Of a DNA stretch of 64,000 nt, positions 1 through 10,225 are shown piece after piece; the stretch's first letter is position 1, and every line of letters begins with the position of its first letter. The stretch is from the sequence record OP168898.1, one strand, 5' to 3'. This DNA comes from Escherichia phage ZCEC14. Position numbers and translations under genes: made by a program. The notes under the pieces are model-generated. The model did no database searches. It was given only the letters and a program-made list of their open reading frames with translations, and was not told the origin of the DNA.

Positions 1-1
1 A

Positions 2-1096
<1,095 letters not shown>

Positions 1097-1098
1097 TT

Positions 1099-1128
1099 GT
1101 TTACTTCCTCCAAGGGTTTTGATATTAT
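1099..1128 (+). promoter_or_regulatory. T4-type early promoter (GTTTAC, 18-bp spacer, TATTAT)
   Basis: GTTTAC 1099-1104, -10 1123-1128; followed by SD GGAGG and ATG 1156. Confidence 0.6.
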
Positions 1129-1155
1129 ACATTCATCAACTACTTGGAGGAAATT

Positions 1156-1296
1156 ATGACCCGTATCAATTTAACACTTGTTTCTGAATTGACCGACCAA
1201 CATCTTATGGCTGAGTATCGTGAATTACCACGCGTATTTGGTGCAGTCCGTGAACATGTTCAAAACGGTTTACGCTTAAGTATTAATATGGTATAA
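1156..1296 (+). pseudogene. truncated duplicate of denV 5' end (46 codons)
   Basis: [35 protein letters not shown] then divergent tail and stop; same N-terminus as full denV at 2306. Confidence 0.6.
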
Positions 1297-1325
1297 TTAC
1301 TCTATCAAAACAAACAAGGAAACAC

Positions 1326-1904
1326 ATGAAAACATATCAAGAATTTATTGCCGAAGCTTCTGTAGTAAAGGCCAAAGGTATTAATAAAGATGAGTGGACC
1401 TACCGATCGGGAAACGGCTTTGACCCTAAAACAGCTCCTATTGAACGGTACTTAGCTACAAAGGCTTCCGACTTTAAAGCTTTCGCTTGGGAAGGACTTC
1501 GCTGGCGTACCGATCTAAATATTGAAGTTGATGGGCTTAAATTTGGCCATATTCAGGATGTTGTTGCTAGTAACTTAGACGCAGCTTTTGTTAAAGCCGA
1601 CGGTGACCTTCGTCGCTGGAATTTAAAACTGTTCTCTAAACAGAAAGGCCCGGTGTTTGTGCCTAAAGCTGGTAAATGGGTTATTGATAACAAATTAGCT
1701 AAGGCTGTCAACTACGCTGGTCTTGAATTTGCCAAGCATAAATCATCATGGAAAGGTCTTGATGCAATGGCTTTCCGTAAAGAATTTGCTGATGTTATGG
1801 CTAAAGGCGGCTTTAAGGCAGAACTAGATACCTCTAAAGGTACGTTTAAAGACGCTAATGTTCAGTACGCTTACGCCGTTGCTAATGCAGCCCGTAATTC
1901 CTAA
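1326..1904 (+). CDS. ipIII: internal protein III
   Basis: 192 aa; MKTYQEFIAEASVVKAKGINKDEWTYRSGNGFDPK... matches T4 IPIII. Confidence 0.9.
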   Translation: MKTYQEFIAEASVVKAKGINKDEWTYRSGNGFDPKTAPIERYLATKASDFKAFAWEGLRWRTDLNIEVDGLKFGHIQDVVASNLDAAFVKADGDLRRWNLKLFSKQKGPVFVPKAGKWVIDNKLAKAVNYAGLEFAKHKSSWKGLDAMAFRKEFADVMAKGGFKAELDTSKGTFKDANVQYAYAVANAARNS

Positions 1905-1945
1905 TAAAGCTAATACTCAGACCTATTTACATTTAAAGGAAACAT

Positions 1946-2248
1946 ATGAAAACATATCAAGAATTTATTACTGAAGCGCGAGTGAGTGCAGGTAAATTAG
2001 AAGCCGCTATAAATAAAAAGGCCCATTCATTTCATGATTTGTCCGATAAAGACCGTAAGAAACTTGTAAGCCTTTATATTGACAAAGAGCGTATTCTCGC
2101 TCTTCCTGGCGCTAATGAAGGTAAACAGGCCAAGCCTTTGAATGCTGTCGAAAAGAAAATTGATAACTTTGCTTCTAAATTCGGTATGTCTATGGATGAC
2201 CTTCAGCAAGCGGCTATCGAAGCAGCTAAAGTAATTAAAGGTAAATAA
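1946..2248 (+). CDS. ipII: internal protein II
   Basis: 100 aa; MKTYQEFITEA N-terminus; size and position of T4 IPII. Confidence 0.8.
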   Translation: MKTYQEFITEARVSAGKLEAAINKKAHSFHDLSDKDRKKLVSLYIDKERILALPGANEGKQAKPLNAVEKKIDNFASKFGMSMDDLQQAAIEAAKVIKGK

Positions 2249-2250
2249 CA

Positions 2251-2280
2251 GTTTACTTTCTCCTAGAATTGTGATAGTAT
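2251..2280 (+). promoter_or_regulatory. T4-type early promoter upstream of denV
   Basis: GTTTAC 2251-2256, -10 TAGTAT 2275-2280, SD GGAGGGG before ATG 2306. Confidence 0.6.
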
Positions 2281-2305
2281 AATCATAATTACTTGGAGGG
2301 GTAAA

Positions 2306-2722
2306 ATGACTCGTATTAATTTGACTTTAGTATCTGAACTTGCTGATCAACATTTAATCGCGGAATACCGTGAATTGCCACGTGTTTTTGGTATAATTCG
2401 TAAACACGTGGCAAATGGTAAACGGGTTAAAGATTTTAAAATATCTTCCGAGTTTATTTTAGGTTCTGGTCATGTTACGTTCTTTTACGATAAGTTAGAA
2501 TTTTTGCGAAAGCGTCAATCAGACATTATAACGGAATGCTTAAAACGCGGGTTTAGTATAAAAGATACTGAAGTTCCTGATATCAGTGATATTCCAGTAG
2601 AATGGAAAAATGATTATAATCCATGCAAATCAGCTATTAAGTTGAGTCAACAACGACTCGATGAAAAAATTTTAATGAAGCCGCACTGGTATAAGTATTA
2701 CGGCAAAAATATTTACATTTAA
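2306..2722 (+). CDS. denV: endonuclease V (pyrimidine dimer DNA glycosylase/AP lyase)
   Basis: 138 aa; [28 protein letters not shown] ... WYKYYGK; catalytic Thr2, Arg22, Glu23, Arg26 present. Confidence 0.95.
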   Translation: MTRINLTLVSELADQHLIAEYRELPRVFGIIRKHVANGKRVKDFKISSEFILGSGHVTFFYDKLEFLRKRQSDIITECLKRGFSIKDTEVPDISDIPVEWKNDYNPCKSAIKLSQQRLDEKILMKPHWYKYYGKNIYI

Positions 2723-2866
2723 ATAACATGGGAACAAGCTGGACCTCATGATTCTGTGAGGGATTCCCGCCAACCTGTAATAAGGTCGAGCCCAAGCGCG
2801 GTAATGGGTAAATACAGAAATGGACAATTCATGCGCCACGGAATGGCCCAAACTTAGAGAGAAGAA

Positions 2867-3406
2867 ATGAGAACATTTTTAACTGGTCCTTATCTATCCC
2901 TGATGAATGCTTTTACACACCATTCTGATGCTAGAGTAGAAGAAATTTGTAAAAACGAATATATCCCGCCATTTGAAGACTTACTTAAACAGTATTGCAC
3001 ACTTCGACTAGACGGTGGACGTCAATCCGGTAAATCAATTGCTGTGACTAACTTTGCTGCTAATTGGCTGTATGATGGCGGAACAGTTATTGTTCTTTCT
3101 AATACTTCAGCTTACGCTAAAATTTCTGCAAATAACATTAAAAAGGAATTTTCGCGTTATTCTAATGATGATATACGTTTTCGTTTATTTACTGATTCTG
3201 TACGCAGTTTTATTGGTAATAAAGGAAGCAAGTTCAGAGGTTTATCGCTTTCGCGAATTTTGTATATAATTGATGAGCCTGTCAAATCTCCTGATATGGA
3301 TAAGATTTATAGTGTCCATATTGACACTGTGCAACACTGCTGCAATAGTAAATGCTGCATTGGTGGTATTACTCGTCCGCAGTTTTTCGTAATCGGAATG
3401 CAATGA
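2867..3406 (+). CDS. hypothetical protein with P-loop NTPase-like motifs
   Basis: 179 aa; Walker A-like GGRQSGKS and Walker B-like IIDEP. Confidence 0.5.
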   Translation: MRTFLTGPYLSLMNAFTHHSDARVEEICKNEYIPPFEDLLKQYCTLRLDGGRQSGKSIAVTNFAANWLYDGGTVIVLSNTSAYAKISANNIKKEFSRYSNDDIRFRLFTDSVRSFIGNKGSKFRGLSLSRILYIIDEPVKSPDMDKIYSVHIDTVQHCCNSKCCIGGITRPQFFVIGMQ

Positions 3407-3732
3407 TGACAGACACACAGCTTTTCGAATATCTTTATTTTTCGCCAAAAACTATTAAAAATAAATTGGTGAATCATTTTGAAATTTTGGCAAAAAATAA
3501 CATTTTAAGTGAATTTTATCCTAAGCAATACAAATTACAAAAAGGAGTATTCAAAGGATGCAGAGTTTTGTGTACTGCTCCTAATGCAAGATTAATGAAT
3601 AAAATTCCATATTTTACCATGGAATTTATTGATGGACCTTTTAAAGGATTAATTACCCAAAGTTTAATGGCATATGATTCTGAGCCATTTTTAATTAAAG
3701 AACAATCTTGGATAAATTTATTTTCTAATTGA
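3403..3732 (+). CDS. hypothetical early protein
   Basis: 109 aa from ATG 3403, overlapping upstream stop. Confidence 0.5.
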   Translation: MMTDTQLFEYLYFSPKTIKNKLVNHFEILAKNNILSEFYPKQYKLQKGVFKGCRVLCTAPNARLMNKIPYFTMEFIDGPFKGLITQSLMAYDSEPFLIKEQSWINLFSN

Positions 3733-3739
3733 GGTTTAT

Positions 3740-4102
3740 ATGAAAGCATATCAAATTCTTGAAGGCACACATAAAGGTACTATTTATTTTGAAGATGGTA
3801 TTCAAGCACGAATTATTGTCTCTAAAACCTTCAAAGAGGACTCTTTTGTAGATCCAGAAATTTTCTACGGTTTGCATGCCCGTGAAATTGAAATTGAGCC
3901 ACAACCTACAGTTAAAATTGAAGGTGGTCAACACTTGAACGTTAACGTTCTGCGTCGCGAAACTCTGGAAGATGCAGTTAAGCATCCGGAAAAATATCCG
4001 CAGCTGACCATCCGTGTATCCGGTTATGCAGTTCGCTTTAACTCTCTGACTCCGGAACAGCAGCGCGACGTTATCGCTCGTACCTTTACCGAGAGTTTGT
4101 AA
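3740..4102 (+). CDS. autonomous glycyl-radical cofactor, GrcA/YfiD-like
   Basis: 120 aa; C-terminal [50 protein letters not shown] glycyl-radical motif; 3' half has host-like codon usage. Confidence 0.85.
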   Translation: MKAYQILEGTHKGTIYFEDGIQARIIVSKTFKEDSFVDPEIFYGLHAREIEIEPQPTVKIEGGQHLNVNVLRRETLEDAVKHPEKYPQLTIRVSGYAVRFNSLTPEQQRDVIARTFTESL

Positions 4103-4323
4103 TGGCAAAGATAATTATTGAAGGTTCTGAAGATGTGCTAAATGCTTTCGCCGAGTGGTTTAGTAATTCAGGCGAACAGCAATTTAATGAAGCGTGGAAT
4201 ATGGGTGATATTGATGGAATTTATCCTACGACAGAAATTTCTGTTCAGGGATATGGCATTCATGAACCTATTCGTTTAGTTGAATATGATTTGGGAACGG
4301 GTGAGGAAGTAGAATATGATTGA
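4102..4323 (+). CDS. hypothetical small early protein
   Basis: 73 aa; ATG overlaps upstream stop. Confidence 0.5.
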   Translation: MAKIIIEGSEDVLNAFAEWFSNSGEQQFNEAWNMGDIDGIYPTTEISVQGYGIHEPIRLVEYDLGTGEEVEYD

Positions 4324-4582
4324 AGATATTAAAGGTTATAAGCCGCACACTGAAGAGAAAATCGATAAAGTGAATGCTATCAAAGACGCTGAAGTTCGTT
4401 TAGGACTTATCTTTGACGCTTTATACGATGAATTCTGGGAAGCACTAGATAATTGTGAAGACTGCGAATTCGCGAAGAATTATGCTGAAAGCCTCGATCA
4501 GTTAACTATTGCTAAAACGAAACTCAAAGAAGCCAGTATGTGGGCTTGTCGTGCCGTGTTCCAACCAGAGGAAAAATACTAA
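4316..4582 (+). CDS. hypothetical small early protein (position of T4 vs.4 by ORF count)
   Basis: 88 aa; fifth of six ORFs between denV and regB. Confidence 0.5.
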   Translation: MIEDIKGYKPHTEEKIDKVNAIKDAEVRLGLIFDALYDEFWEALDNCEDCEFAKNYAESLDQLTIAKTKLKEASMWACRAVFQPEEKY

Positions 4583-4860
4583 TGGCTCAATTAAGCGCCG
4601 GGTTTGGTTATGAGTATTATACTGCCCCTCGTCGTGTGTCTGTTGCTCCTAAGAAAATTCAAAGTCTTGATGACTTCCAGGAAGTAGTCCGTAAAGCTTT
4701 CCAGGACTATGCACGTTATCTTAAAGAAGATTCGCAGGACTGTCTCGAAGAAGATGAAATTGCTTACTATGAGCAACGTCTTGAGCAGCTTAAAAACCTA
4801 CATGAGGTCCGTGCAGAAGTTTCAAAGTCTATGAATAAATTGATTAGATTTAAAGAATAA
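4582..4860 (+). CDS. hypothetical small early protein
   Basis: 92 aa from ATG 4582 (TAATG overlap). Confidence 0.5.
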   Translation: MAQLSAGFGYEYYTAPRRVSVAPKKIQSLDDFQEVVRKAFQDYARYLKEDSQDCLEEDEIAYYEQRLEQLKNLHEVRAEVSKSMNKLIRFKE

Positions 4861-4862
4861 CT

Positions 4863-4892
4863 GTTTACTTTTCCTCTTGACTGTGGTATAAT
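4863..4892 (+). promoter_or_regulatory. T4-type early promoter upstream of regB
   Basis: GTTTAC 4863-4868, extended -10 TGGTATAAT ending 4892. Confidence 0.7.
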
Positions 4893-4919
4893 TTTTCTAT
4901 CAGTTAAGAGGAGAACAAC

Positions 4920-5381
4920 ATGACTATCAACACAGAAGTTTTTATCCGTCGAAATAAGCTCCGTCGTCACTTTGAGTCGGAGTTTCGTCAAATTAACAAT
5001 GAGATTCGTGAGGCATCAAAAGCAGCAGGAGTCTCATCGTTTCATCTAAAATATTCTCAGCATCTTCTTGACCGCGCAATTCAACGGGAGATTGATGAGA
5101 CATACGTTTTTGAATTATTCCATAAAATAAAAGACCATGTTTTAGAAGTTAATGAATTCCTAAGTATGCCTCCGCGTCCTGACATTGACGAGGATTTTAT
5201 TGATGGGGTTGAATATCGTCCTGGACGTTTAGAAATCACAGATGGAAATCTTTGGCTTGGATTTACAGTTTGTAAACCTAACGAGAAGTTCAAAGACCCG
5301 TCACTTCAATGTAGGATGGCAATTATCAACAGTCGTCGTTTACCAGGAAAGGCTTCTAAAGCAGTAATTAAAACTCAATGA
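4920..5381 (+). CDS. regB: RegB site-specific endoribonuclease
   Basis: 153 aa; MTINTEVFIRRNKLRRHFESEFRQINNEIREASK... matches T4 RegB. Confidence 0.9.
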   Translation: MTINTEVFIRRNKLRRHFESEFRQINNEIREASKAAGVSSFHLKYSQHLLDRAIQREIDETYVFELFHKIKDHVLEVNEFLSMPPRPDIDEDFIDGVEYRPGRLEITDGNLWLGFTVCKPNEKFKDPSLQCRMAIINSRRLPGKASKAVIKTQ

Positions 5382-5388
5382 GGTAAGC

Positions 5389-5934
5389 ATGAGAAAAGCA
5401 CTACTCGCTGGTCTATTGGCCATTTCAATGATGGCACATAGCTCCGAGCATACTTTCAGTAATGTCCAACTCGATAACATGCGTTACGCGTATCAATTCG
5501 GGGAACAATTTTCTAAGGATGGAAAATATAAAACACATAAAAATATCCACAAGAGCGGATTAGGTCATATAATGGCTGCTATTTTATGGCAAGAAAGCTC
5601 TGGCGGAGTTAATTTAAAATCTAAACCAAAGCATCACGCCTACGGAATGTTCCAAAATTATTTGCCTACTATGCGAGCAAGAGTTAAGGAACTTGGTTAT
5701 AATATGACCGATGCTGAAATAAAAAGAATGTTGAATAAACGATCCAATTCAGCTTCCTGGGCGTACATTGAACTTTCTTATTGGTTAAATATACATAAGG
5801 GCGATATAAGAAAAGCAATATCCTCTTATAATTCGGGATGGAATGTTAAAGCAGGTTCTAAATATGCTTCTGAAGTCCTAGAAAAGGCTAATTACCTTAA
5901 AAATAATAAACTTTTGGAAATAGTAAATGACTAA
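5389..5934 (+). CDS. secreted lytic-transglycosylase-like protein
   Basis: 181 aa; N-terminal signal peptide; QESSGG...GMFQ resembles SLT catalytic motif. Confidence 0.5.
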   Translation: MRKALLAGLLAISMMAHSSEHTFSNVQLDNMRYAYQFGEQFSKDGKYKTHKNIHKSGLGHIMAAILWQESSGGVNLKSKPKHHAYGMFQNYLPTMRARVKELGYNMTDAEIKRMLNKRSNSASWAYIELSYWLNIHKGDIRKAISSYNSGWNVKAGSKYASEVLEKANYLKNNKLLEIVND

Positions 5935-6274
5935 AATTTTGGTTTTATGTATAGGATTAATTTCATTTTCTGCTTCTGCGTCAGCAGATACATCATATAC
6001 TGAAATTAGAGAATATGTAAACCGCACTGCGGCAGATTATTGTGGGAAAAATAAAGCATGCCAAGCTGAATTTGCACAGAAATTAATATATGCATATAAA
6101 GACGGAGAAAGAGATAAATCAAGCAGATACAAAAACGATACATTATTAAAACGATATGCTAAAAAGTGGAATACTTTAGAATGTTCAGTTGCGGAGGAGA
6201 AAGATAAAGCCGCTTGTCATTCAATGGTTGACCGTTTGGTAGATTCTTATAATCGAGGATTGAGTACTAGATGA
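5927..6274 (+). CDS. small secreted protein, position and size of T4 vs
   Basis: 115 aa; signal peptide MTKILVLCIGLISFSASASA; synteny only. Confidence 0.45.
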   Translation: MTKILVLCIGLISFSASASADTSYTEIREYVNRTAADYCGKNKACQAEFAQKLIYAYKDGERDKSSRYKNDTLLKRYAKKWNTLECSVAEEKDKAACHSMVDRLVDSYNRGLSTR

Positions 6275-6738
6275 TTGTAAAATATATCAAGGGCGATATT
6301 GTCGCCCTTTTCGCTGAAGGTAAAAATATTGCGCATGGATGCAATTGTTTTCATACTATGGGTTCAGGCGTAGCGGGTCAATTAACCAAAGCTTTCCCTA
6401 AAATTTTGGAAGCTGATAAATTACAGACTGAATGGGGTGATGTAACTAAACTCGGTTCTTACTCAGTCTATGAAAAATACTTTAGGACTCATAAAGCGTA
6501 TTGCTTCAACCTTTATACTCAATTTCAACCAGGGCCAAATTTTGAGTATTCCGCTTTAATGAATTGTATGTTAGAATTAAATGAGTTTGGTGAAAATAAA
6601 CTGATTAAACCTACAATCTATATGCCTAGGATTGGTGCAGGCATAGGTAAAGGGAACTGGGATATTATTGAGGGGATTTTAGATACGTATTCCTCTAAAT
6701 TAGAAATTGTGATTGTTGATTGGGAACCGTTATTATGA
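6271..6738 (+). CDS. macro-domain-like protein (putative ADP-ribose binding/hydrolase)
   Basis: 155 aa; KGDIVALFAEGKNIAHGCNCFHTMGSGVAGQL resembles macro-domain GDIT...NAAN...GGGV signature. Confidence 0.45.
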   Translation: MIVKYIKGDIVALFAEGKNIAHGCNCFHTMGSGVAGQLTKAFPKILEADKLQTEWGDVTKLGSYSVYEKYFRTHKAYCFNLYTQFQPGPNFEYSALMNCMLELNEFGENKLIKPTIYMPRIGAGIGKGNWDIIEGILDTYSSKLEIVIVDWEPLL

Positions 6739-6947
6739 ATATACATTATCCACATCCATATGACCCAAAGAATAAGGCAGTAATTATTCGTCAATGGGAA
6801 CGCATTTGTCGTACTAAATGTCCAATTAATAGTCCACATGATGTAGATAAAGATTACATTGGAACATTCGTTGAATATACCTTTATTGATAAGAAAGGTC
6901 GTAAACAGCACGTAGAAGAATACTGCTTAAAGGTGACATGGTTATGA
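6735..6947 (+). CDS. hypothetical small protein
   Basis: 70 aa from ATG 6735 (ATGA overlap). Confidence 0.45.
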   Translation: MNIHYPHPYDPKNKAVIIRQWERICRTKCPINSPHDVDKDYIGTFVEYTFIDKKGRKQHVEEYCLKVTWL

Positions 6948-7150
6948 GTCAAACTAGTATTCTTAAAAATGCCCACTGTGAAAAGTGTAAATGGCCGGTT
7001 GTTTTTGCTTTATGCAACGATGAAATGGCTTGTGATTTCGATTATTGGTGCTATTGTTCTAATAAAGGATGCATCAATCATAAAGGTGAAGGATTTTATT
7101 CGGGATTTTATCCTTATCCAGAATTCGTTAAAGAAGGTAAACCGAAATGA
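6938..7150 (+). CDS. hypothetical Cys-rich small protein
   Basis: 70 aa; CEKCKW...CNDEMACDFDYWCYC...GC. Confidence 0.45.
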   Translation: MVMSQTSILKNAHCEKCKWPVVFALCNDEMACDFDYWCYCSNKGCINHKGEGFYSGFYPYPEFVKEGKPK

Positions 7151-7320
7151 ATAGTTCTGAGCTACAATATGAAGTGTCACGTGAACTTGATAATTTAATT
7201 GAACTCGCTGCTAATAAAGGTTTTGCCATTGGAATTGGTCAAAAAGATACTGATCATTTAACTATGGAAATATTTAAGCAAAAGCGAATTATTTTAAAAC
7301 TTCTGGAAATTAATATATGA
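7147..7320 (+). CDS. hypothetical small protein (not in ORF track)
   Basis: 57 aa; ATG 7147 overlaps upstream stop, own stop overlaps next ATG. Confidence 0.4.
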   Translation: MNSSELQYEVSRELDNLIELAANKGFAIGIGQKDTDHLTMEIFKQKRIILKLLEINI

Positions 7321-7502
7321 GCCTAAGCAAAGAACAAAAAGACAAACTCTTTTCTCTTATCCACGAAGTTATGGATAAAAATAGTGAATTGGAAAAAGTT
7401 TGTAATGAATGCGGTCCTTTTAGCGCAAATGAATACGAAGAACTTTCCAAAGAATTTGATAATAAAGAACAAGAACTCATTAATTATATAAATTCCTTAT
7501 GA
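7317..7502 (+). CDS. hypothetical small acidic protein
   Basis: 61 aa; paralog-like to next ORF. Confidence 0.45.
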   Translation: MSLSKEQKDKLFSLIHEVMDKNSELEKVCNECGPFSANEYEELSKEFDNKEQELINYINSL

Positions 7503-7687
7503 TTACTCGCGAACAAAAGAACGAAATATTATTTTTAGTTGGTGAAATTATTAGTTTAGAAAAGGATTTGTCTTTTGAATTATCTTCTGATTATGGAGAT
7601 GCCGAAACATATTACGAATTAGTAAAATCTATCGATAAAGCTGAAAATGATTTAGAAACATATTTAGAAAATTTAACTAAGGACTAA
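7499..7687 (+). CDS. hypothetical small acidic protein
   Basis: 62 aa; similar architecture to 7317-7502. Confidence 0.45.
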   Translation: MITREQKNEILFLVGEIISLEKDLSFELSSDYGDAETYYELVKSIDKAENDLETYLENLTKD

Positions 7688-7688
7688 A

Positions 7689-8270
7689 ATGGCGAGTTTA
7701 ATTTTTACTTATGCAGCAATGAATGCTGGAAAATCTGCTTCTCTTTTGACTGCTGCACATAATTATAAAGAACGCGGAATGAGTGTATTAGTTCTTAAGC
7801 CTGCTATTGATACTCGCGACTCTGTCTGTGAAGTCGTTTCTCGCATTGGAATTAAGCAGGAAGCGAATATTATCACAGATGATATGGATATTTTCGAGTT
7901 CTATAAATGGGCTGAAGCACAAAAAGATATTCATTGTGTATTTGTAGATGAAGCTCAGTTTTTAAAAACTGAACAGGTGCATCAATTAAGCCGAATTGTT
8001 GATACATATAATGTTCCTGTTATGGCTTATGGATTAAGGACTGATTTCGCTGGAAAATTATTTGAAGGTTCTAAAGAACTTTTAGCGATTGCAGATAAAC
8101 TTATTGAACTAAAAGCAGTTTGTCATTGCGGTAAAAAAGCGATTATGACAGCTCGATTAATGGAAGATGGAACACCAGTTAAAGAAGGTAATCAAATCTG
8201 TATTGGTGATGAAATTTATGTTTCTTTGTGTAGAAAACATTGGAATGAATTAACTAAAAAGCTCGGTTAG
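7689..8270 (+). CDS. tk: thymidine kinase
   Basis: 193 aa; P-loop AAMNAGKSASLL, C-terminal CHCGKKA zinc motif. Confidence 0.95.
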   Translation: MASLIFTYAAMNAGKSASLLTAAHNYKERGMSVLVLKPAIDTRDSVCEVVSRIGIKQEANIITDDMDIFEFYKWAEAQKDIHCVFVDEAQFLKTEQVHQLSRIVDTYNVPVMAYGLRTDFAGKLFEGSKELLAIADKLIELKAVCHCGKKAIMTARLMEDGTPVKEGNQICIGDEIYVSLCRKHWNELTKKLG

Positions 8271-8312
8271 TGCAAAAGTTATAAATAGGTTTATCTAACT
8301 AAAGGGGTATAT

Positions 8313-8525
8313 ATGTTACAATTAACTGAAAAGCAACTTCGCAATCTTACTGTGCTTCAATTAGATGAAATTCGTAGGGAAGTTGGAAATATCATTTCAG
8401 CTTTGCGTCGAGAAGTATCACTCAACCAATCTCCGGCAGACTATACTAGATTGCGAAATTTTGAAAAATACCTTGATAAAGTTAAGGCCGTGCATCGGCA
8501 CAAAGTAAATACAGGACAAAAATGA
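8313..8525 (+). CDS. hypothetical protein (rI.1 position)
   Basis: 70 aa ORF immediately upstream of rI. Confidence 0.5.
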
Positions 8526-8537
8526 TAGGAGGCCTTT

Positions 8538-8831
8538 ATGGCCTTAAAAGCAACGGCACTATTTGCCATGCTAGGATTGTCATTTGTTTTATCTCCATCG
8601 ATTGAAGCGAATGTCGATCCTCATTTTGATAAATTTATGGAATCTGGTATTAGGCACGTTTATACACTTTTTGAAAATAAAAGCGTAGAATCGTCTGAAC
8701 AATTCTATAGTTTTATGAGAACGACCTATAAAAATGACCCGTGCTCTTCTGATTTTGAATGTATAGAGCGAGGCGCGGAGATGGCACAATCATACGCTAG
8801 AATTATGAACATTAAATTGGAGACTGAATGA
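8538..8831 (+). CDS. rI: lysis inhibition regulator RI
   Basis: 97 aa; MALKATALFAMLGLSFVLSPSIEANVDPHFDKFMESGIRHVY... matches T4 RI. Confidence 0.85.
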   Translation: MALKATALFAMLGLSFVLSPSIEANVDPHFDKFMESGIRHVYTLFENKSVESSEQFYSFMRTTYKNDPCSSDFECIERGAEMAQSYARIMNIKLETE

Positions 8832-9214
8832 AATTCAGCGACTTTTCACAAAGTGGAAAACCTTCGAAGGCAGATGAATACTTAGGTTTATTAATGGCTG
8901 CACAAGCTTATTTTCATTCTGCGCATTTTGAAACTAAAAATTATGCTAGACACAAAGCATACGATTTTATTTTCTCCGAGTTGCCAGATTTGATTGATAA
9001 ATTTGGTGAACAATATTTGGGGTATTCTGGTAGAAAATACACACCTTCAATTCCAGATGCCAGTAAACTTCCTACCGACACAATTAAAATGATTGATCGC
9101 ATATTAGACCAATCTAACAGCATTTATAAAGAAATGCCTCCAGCCATCCAAAGCACGATAGATGATATTACTGGAATGTTTTACCAGAGTAAGTATCTTC
9201 TTTCCCTCGAATAA
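8828..9214 (+). CDS. hypothetical protein (rI.-1 position)
   Basis: 128 aa; ATGA overlap with rI. Confidence 0.5.
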   Translation: MKFSDFSQSGKPSKADEYLGLLMAAQAYFHSAHFETKNYARHKAYDFIFSELPDLIDKFGEQYLGYSGRKYTPSIPDASKLPTDTIKMIDRILDQSNSIYKEMPPAIQSTIDDITGMFYQSKYLLSLE

Positions 9215-9218
9215 CATT

Positions 9219-9241
9219 AGTCTCCTTCGGGAGACTTTTTT
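9219..9241 (+). terminator. intrinsic terminator, TTCG loop
   Basis: AGTCTCC-TTCG-GGAGACT followed by TTTTT. Confidence 0.7.
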
Positions 9242-9251
9242 CATTTTACCG

Positions 9252-9281
9252 GTTTACTTTCCGTTTGAGCTGTGGTATTAT
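9252..9281 (+). promoter_or_regulatory. T4-type early promoter
   Basis: GTTTAC 9252-9257, TGGTATTAT -10, shared leader repeat TACAACTATC. Confidence 0.65.
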
Positions 9282-9309
9282 ACAACTATCGGATAAAGAG
9301 GAGAACATC

Positions 9310-9498
9310 ATGAAAATTGAAGCACTCAATCAAGAAGGAAATATCTACGTCATCATTAATGGTGATTTTTTCGTCGACATGGATGAAGTTACTAGTGAAG
9401 AACTTGTAGAAGTTCTTAAGAAACGCTATAGTATGTGTGATGAAGCTGCAACTCATATGGCGTGTGCAATATTCTCTCTTTCATATGTGGTGGAATAA
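9310..9498 (+). CDS. hypothetical small early protein
   Basis: 62 aa from ATG 9310 with SD AAGAGGAGAA. Confidence 0.5.
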   Translation: MKIEALNQEGNIYVIINGDFFVDMDEVTSEELVEVLKKRYSMCDEAATHMACAIFSLSYVVE

Positions 9499-9701
9499 TG
9501 ATTAGTATTGAACAAGCAGATAAAATTAAAGAATTGGTAGCTTTAATTCGCAAAGCAGATGAGGAACTTAGTGACTTTGCTTGGTTTTCGGCAGGCATTG
9601 CAAATAAAGGTATTGAAGAATTTGAAGCTAAAGTTGATAATGCTGTAGAAGCTTTAGATATGTTTCTTGATGAAATTATCGATCACAATACGAGAGTTTA
9701 A
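9498..9701 (+). CDS. hypothetical small early protein
   Basis: 67 aa from ATG 9498 (TAATG overlap). Confidence 0.45.
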   Translation: MISIEQADKIKELVALIRKADEELSDFAWFSAGIANKGIEEFEAKVDNAVEALDMFLDEIIDHNTRV

Positions 9702-9703
9702 GT

Positions 9704-9898
9704 ATGCTGACACACGAACAGTTTGAAAAAATCATTAAATTAGCACGTGATGTTGAAATAGATTCATATCAATTAGCAGTTGAGCATTGTGAAGGATATT
9801 CATACGAAGGTATAGCAGCAGCTAAAAGAGATTTGGATAAATCTAAAGCTAAGTTAGTTCAATATCTTGAAATGATTAGGTGGAATAATGAAAACTGA
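9704..9898 (+). CDS. hypothetical small early protein
   Basis: 64 aa. Confidence 0.45.
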   Translation: MLTHEQFEKIIKLARDVEIDSYQLAVEHCEGYSYEGIAAAKRDLDKSKAKLVQYLEMIRWNNEN

Positions 9899-10061
9899 AA
9901 AGCAGATGTTTTTAATGAAGCTAATTGAAGAATATGCTAATGCAGTTTCTGACTATGAGTGTTCTTCTAGGGAAAGAGGCATAGCTTTTGCAAAGGAAGA
10001 AATGAAAATCATGGTTGATGCTCACACAAAACTCCAGAATTTTATTGAAAACGTCATTTAA
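9888..10061 (+). CDS. hypothetical small protein (not in ORF track)
   Basis: 57 aa; ATG 9888 overlaps upstream ORF end. Confidence 0.35.
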   Translation: MKTEKQMFLMKLIEEYANAVSDYECSSRERGIAFAKEEMKIMVDAHTKLQNFIENVI

Positions 10062-10063
10062 TG

Positions 10064-10106
10064 GTTTACAAGTTGGCAAGGTTATGGTATAGTAATCTTG
10101 CCAACT
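10064..10106 (+). promoter_or_regulatory. early promoter embedded in a perfect 10-bp hairpin (PeSL-like element)
   Basis: GTTTAC 10064-10069, -10 TATAGT 10088-10093; arms AGTTGGCAAG 10071-10080 / CTTGCCAACT 10097-10106. Confidence 0.6.
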
Positions 10107-10225
10107 GCCAAGGAGAAGAGAATGAAAGTTTTGTTTGTTGTGTATGTGATGATTCAATATAATTACCCAATGTTTACTTATAATCTGGTGAACAACATTA
10201 TTGATATTATTCAAAGGAGCATGTA

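Noticed and set aside
3725-4108. 127-aa minus-strand ORF antisense to the GrcA-like gene
   Set aside because: The plus-strand gene has a strongly conserved glycyl-radical motif; the antisense frame has no start context.
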